Part shown: in pieces, positions 59,524-64,000 of the stretch
Layout of the letters: the number at the start of each line of letters is the position of its first letter
Numbering within the stretch: the first letter of the stretch is position 1
Assembly: GCA_043228905.1 (NCBI GenBank)
Contig: JBHGNT010000007.1
Coordinates: forward strand, 7,440,001-7,504,000
DNA length: 64,000 nucleotides
Direction of reading: 5' to 3'
From: Azolla caroliniana
Lineage: Eukaryota; Plantae; Polypodiophyta
The notes under the pieces: generated by a model
Database searches by the model: none
What the model saw: only the letters and a program-made list of their open reading frames with translations
Told to the model about the DNA's origin: nothing
Position numbers and translations under genes: made by a program

Positions 59524-62500
59524 ATTGGCGTTGGAAAGCCCTCGGTTAGAGTTTCATAACGAGATATAGCAAGTTAAATTTGGTGGTCTGTGCGAGAAGC
59601 AGCGATTAAAATAAGGAATCTTGTGTTGTTGGCATCCACATACTCAACACACATTGCGGGTCTTCGATTGTATTCATCATCTTCGACCTCTTCAATCGTG
59701 TGAGTTTTGGTTGTCTTTCTTGTTCACGGAAAATTGTTTTCATCTTGGATCACTATCGCTGCAACTGCCGTCGACTATCGCTGCAACCGCCGTCTGTCGT
59801 CGTCGACTATCCCTGCAACTGCCGTCTGTCGTTGTCGACTATCGCTGCAGCCGCCGCCGTCACAGTCTGACGTCGTCATCGTCGTCATTTGCCGTTGTTG
59901 TCCTTCATCGTTGTTTGGTTGATGGCACAGTTGCCGTTGTCAACCGTCGCTGTCACCTACACCTCTTACGACGTCATCAGTTGCGTAGACGAGAGAGTAC
60001 AAATGTGCTTCTACACTTGTACCTAGCACGCAACACATCGATGCTCGGCTAAGTTTTTCTGTCCTTTTTGACTTTTTCTTTCTTTTATCTTTTGAATTAC
60101 AACATGACTTCTTGACAAAACCATAAGGAAACACACGACGAAATTATAAGTAAGGAAGAATTTTTAGATGTCCTTAACCGGTTAGTTAAAATGGAAAAAT
60201 GGGCAAAAGAGATTGAAGCTCAAAAACAAAAAGATAAGGAAGAAAAAGAACTACTTATTGCTGAAATAGCGAAACTTAAGGAAGACAACGTGAACCTTTA
60301 AAAACAAGTTAAGGACCTTGAGACATCTAGGGAAGATGGTGAAATATCTTCCTTAGAGGATATTAAGGACGAGATAAAAAAGGTTAAGGAAGAGGTTAAA
60401 AGCGATATGGAATTAGCAAAAACTGGGTGGGTTAATGTAGTAAAACATAATATTAAAAAGGAACTAAAGGATGAAAATATTGTAAACACCACCCTTAAGG
60501 AGGAAAAAATGCGTCAAGCTCGACGCTTAAACATAAGAGTTACTGGGCTCAAGGAAGGGGCATCTCCCGACGAAGATGCACAAACATTAGGGAAGATGTT
60601 GGGGTACGAAGCCCTACCAATCACTAAAACTTGGAGAGTAGGATGTGACACCACTAGGAAAAGAGCTTTAGTTCTTCAGTTTAAGGACTCAGAATCTAGG
60701 ATCACCTTTTTTAAAAAGAGACAAATTCTTCGAGGATTGGGCGGAGACCCTATCTACCTCGATGAAGACTTGACCAAGATGCAAATGGAGCATCGTAAAA
60801 CTTGTATGCCACGAGTCATACAAGCTCGTAAAGAGGGGCATCGTGCTTTTTATTGAGACGGGCGTGTGATAATTAATGATCGCGCCACCAATTGACGGCG
60901 TGTGGCCCATGTGACAGACAATAAACTTCGAATGACCTTATGGAATTGTAACACTGCACTTTGGACACACCCTGGCCGTCTAGAGGACATTTTGAAGGTA
61001 TCTGACATACTTTTTTTAGTAGAAACACATCAGAGTCCAAATTGAGGACTGCCACGAGTTGACGGTTTTTGTTGGGAATCTGTCTTTAGACAAACATCAC
61101 GTCGACACACTACTAGAGGGTCTGGAGGGGTTGCGATATTATTTTGGAGAGAGATACATAATAGGATAGAAATACTAAAGAAAGACCCAGAAGCCCATTT
61201 TATGTGGGTGAAAATCCTCACTAGCAAGGATCAGGTGATATTTATCGCCGTTTGTTACTTCCCCCCGAAAGGATCCCGGTAAAATACGGTTGGAGAGGTG
61301 AGTATAGTTGATGAAGGAACACCACATGGGCCTTCTCCATATGAACCTTTATCGGATGACATAATTCGATATTCTTCTCAAGGGGAAGTCTTCCTTGTAG
61401 GGGATTTTAATGCGAGAACCCAATCCCGACAATGCACAATATTTCAGATGGATAGAAACTTATTAATGGTGAATGTCGACCCTTTAGCCTTAGGCATAAC
61501 ACGTACATCAAAAGATCAAGGTGCAGACGCCACAAGCTTTGGCCATCATCAGCTTGAACTTGGAAGCTGACACTAGATGATCATATATAATGGCTTAGCC
61601 AAGTGGCCGGGCTCAGAAGAGCTCACATGTTTCCTACATGGAGGAGGGGAAAGCACAGTTGATTACCTAATAGGACACCCTGAAGCTACCCACATGGTTA
61701 ACTCTTTTCGAGTGGCCCCATGCCCCATTGGTGCAGACCATAGCTTCCTATACTTTGAGCTAAAATGTGACATCTCCCACGCCACCAACTCTCGTCAGCC
61801 AACCCATCACACCATAATACAATTCACGCATGAGCTCGCTGACATCTACTCTCGACATGTACAAACCCATCTCTCCTCTTTTGATTTTTCCTTGCCTTTA
61901 GAGAACCTCACTACAGAACTCACACACATCCTTCACTCAACAACAACTAGTAGCTTCCCATGCATGAAAGGTTCCAATCATAGTAGAATAGGGTCTATGC
62001 CACAAAACAAGTGGTATAATGAGGATTGTAGAGAGTTGTATAGACAACTTAAGGTGTCGCGACTTAGTGGTACTATTTCCTCAATACAGGCTCGCAAAGA
62101 GATGTGCAAGATGACACGTCGTAAAAGACGAGCTTGGGAAGCATCTCAATATTGGGAACTTTACCATATGTTCATGAGTAGGGACTACGCCCTTGCATGG
62201 AAGAGACTACAGGAACCGAGACAACAAACACCCATCGAGGATCCCAATATTTGGCACACATATATCGAGAGACTCTACCATGTCCCCAACCAACCACCCA
62301 TTCCAATGCCTTCCACACCTTGACCTACCATGGGGACACTTTTCATGACCTCTAGGGTCACGAAGGTCATAAAAAAGTTACAACATAGGAAATCCATGGA
62401 CCACATAGGATTGCGAACCGAGCACATCATATATGCTTGAGAGTGCCTAGCCCCCCTTCTCACTCTAATCTTCAATCGTGCCCTCGCTGAGGGTTTTCCA

Positions 62501-64000
62501 CCACAATGGGCCATGAACACAGTGGCCCCTATACATAAAGAAGGGGACCCAATGGACCCAAATACATATAGGACCATTTTGATAGGTCATACACTCGCTA
62601 AACTATATGGTGCAGTAATGGAAGCGGAGCTCAATGATTATATGGAAACGTTAAGTCTTCGCACACCTGAGCAGGCTGGCTTTAGACGAGCCTTCTCCAC
62701 TATTGACCATATCTTCACACTTAGGTGCTTAATTGACCAGACGAAGGCTCGTAAGAAGAAACTATATTGTTGCTTTGTGAACTTCCGCAAAGCCTTTGAC
62801 ACGGTTCCTAGGGAGAGGTTGTTTGATAGACTTAAGAGCTTGGAGATACCAAATGACATGATCTGGGCCATTTATGCCTTATATGAGCAAGTCTTTGGGT
62901 GCGCATGATGCCCAGGTGGCCTATCCGATTGTTTCAGTAGCACCGTTGGTGTAAAACAGGGTTGCCCCTTGTCACTGACTCTTTTGGGATTTACATTGAT
63001 GAGATCACTGATTTTATTGCTCGAAAGGGAGTAGTTATTGGGGATACACAAATTAGTCTCTTACTGTACGCATATGACATTGTCTTGCTCTCAGAGTCGG
63101 AACACGACCTACAAAAGCATCTTAATGCCCTAGATGACTTTTGTACACAACGAGGACTGGTAGTGAATATAATGAAAACTAAAGTCCTTATCTTTCATAC
63201 ATCGTCCCGAGTTAGGAGTAAATGTCACCTAACCCTCCCTCATAAACTAGTTGAGGTAGTGGGATCATATGTATACTTGGGAGTCACTTTTAGTGCTCAC
63301 TTAGGTAAATTCTCGATGACCCAGGCAGCCAAAGATAGGCTAACGAGAGGGTATGCATCCCTCTCACTCTTAGAGAGACAATGCCACCAGGCATACTTTC
63401 AAGAGCCACGAACTAAGGGATGGCTCTTCGACTCATTAGTGACCCCTTCCCTCATGTATTCATCAGTAGTATGGGCCCTAGGTCTACCATCCTTCATGTG
63501 GACGCAATAAGAGAGACCTTTGGTGACGATGTTATCACGTCAACTCCGAAACAAATCGACAATACCGCATGACATTATTAGAGCAGAGTTTAGTCTACCC
63601 TCGATGTTAGTAGAAGCACTCTTTCAAATGGTAGTTTTTATTCATCGGATACATAGCCAACCACAAGATAGGATATCCCGTCGAGCCTTTAAGGCATCCC
63701 GATCCCTACATGCGTCTGGAGATACTAGCTCTTGGTATAGCATTGTGGTGAGTTGGTTACTTGCAAATGACATAGACATTAATAACCTACCTCCCCTTAA
63801 GTACAACCATGGGACTGATCAAACTCTAATATCTCATGAAGACCGTAATAAAGTGATATGCCAAGAAATATGGCAAATTTACACTCGATATAAATGGATC
63901 ACCCCACGAGAGCCACTCCCATCTAAAATGTTGTATTATAAGGAACACTTCTTGCACTTCTCTAAGTTAGGTTTTATTACACGACCAAGATATCTAGATA
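59524..64000 (+). mobile_element. Second copy of the RTE-X/L2-like LINE, 5'-complete (5' UTR, ORF1, ORF2), runs out of window
   Basis: CpG-rich 5' UTR; ORF1 remnant ~60103-60896 (coiled coil, RRLNIRVTGLKE, IYLDEDLT); ORF2 from ~60930, collinear with 21005-23915; many stops and frameshifts. Confidence 0.9.

Overview
This is a eukaryotic (land-plant) nuclear window; the transposon-rich, microsatellite-rich, long-intron style suggests a non-seed plant such as a fern, but that is inference only. It holds four intron-containing host genes: an organelle-targeted RsmI-type 16S rRNA methyltransferase (-), an APE2 AP-endonuclease with GRF zinc finger (+), an RBM28/Nop4-type multi-RRM protein (-) and a plastid m-type thioredoxin (-). 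Around them are many nested transposons: a pogo/Tigger-type DDE element; an old L1-type LINE split by a solo LTR and by a full-length Ty1/copia element (LTRs, PBS, PPT, CAATT TSD); two copies of an RTE-X/L2-like LINE family; a 5'-inverted (twin-primed) L1 fragment; several hAT MITEs with 8-bp TSDs; and tRNA-derived SINE-like heads. There is no CRISPR array or prokaryotic system, and I cannot firmly establish a new biological system. The best candidates for a second look are: (i) a 4x ~106-bp array upstream of the thioredoxin gene whose units each carry branch point, AG, a 10-nt segment, a GTGAGT donor and several hairpins; (ii) a copia pol that reads through a first PPT into a ~140-aa charged tail before a second PPT; (iii) the animal/algal-style LINE family, with a monomer-repeat 5' UTR and an odd palindromic insertion site. 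Coordinates were read by eye and may be off by a few bases.
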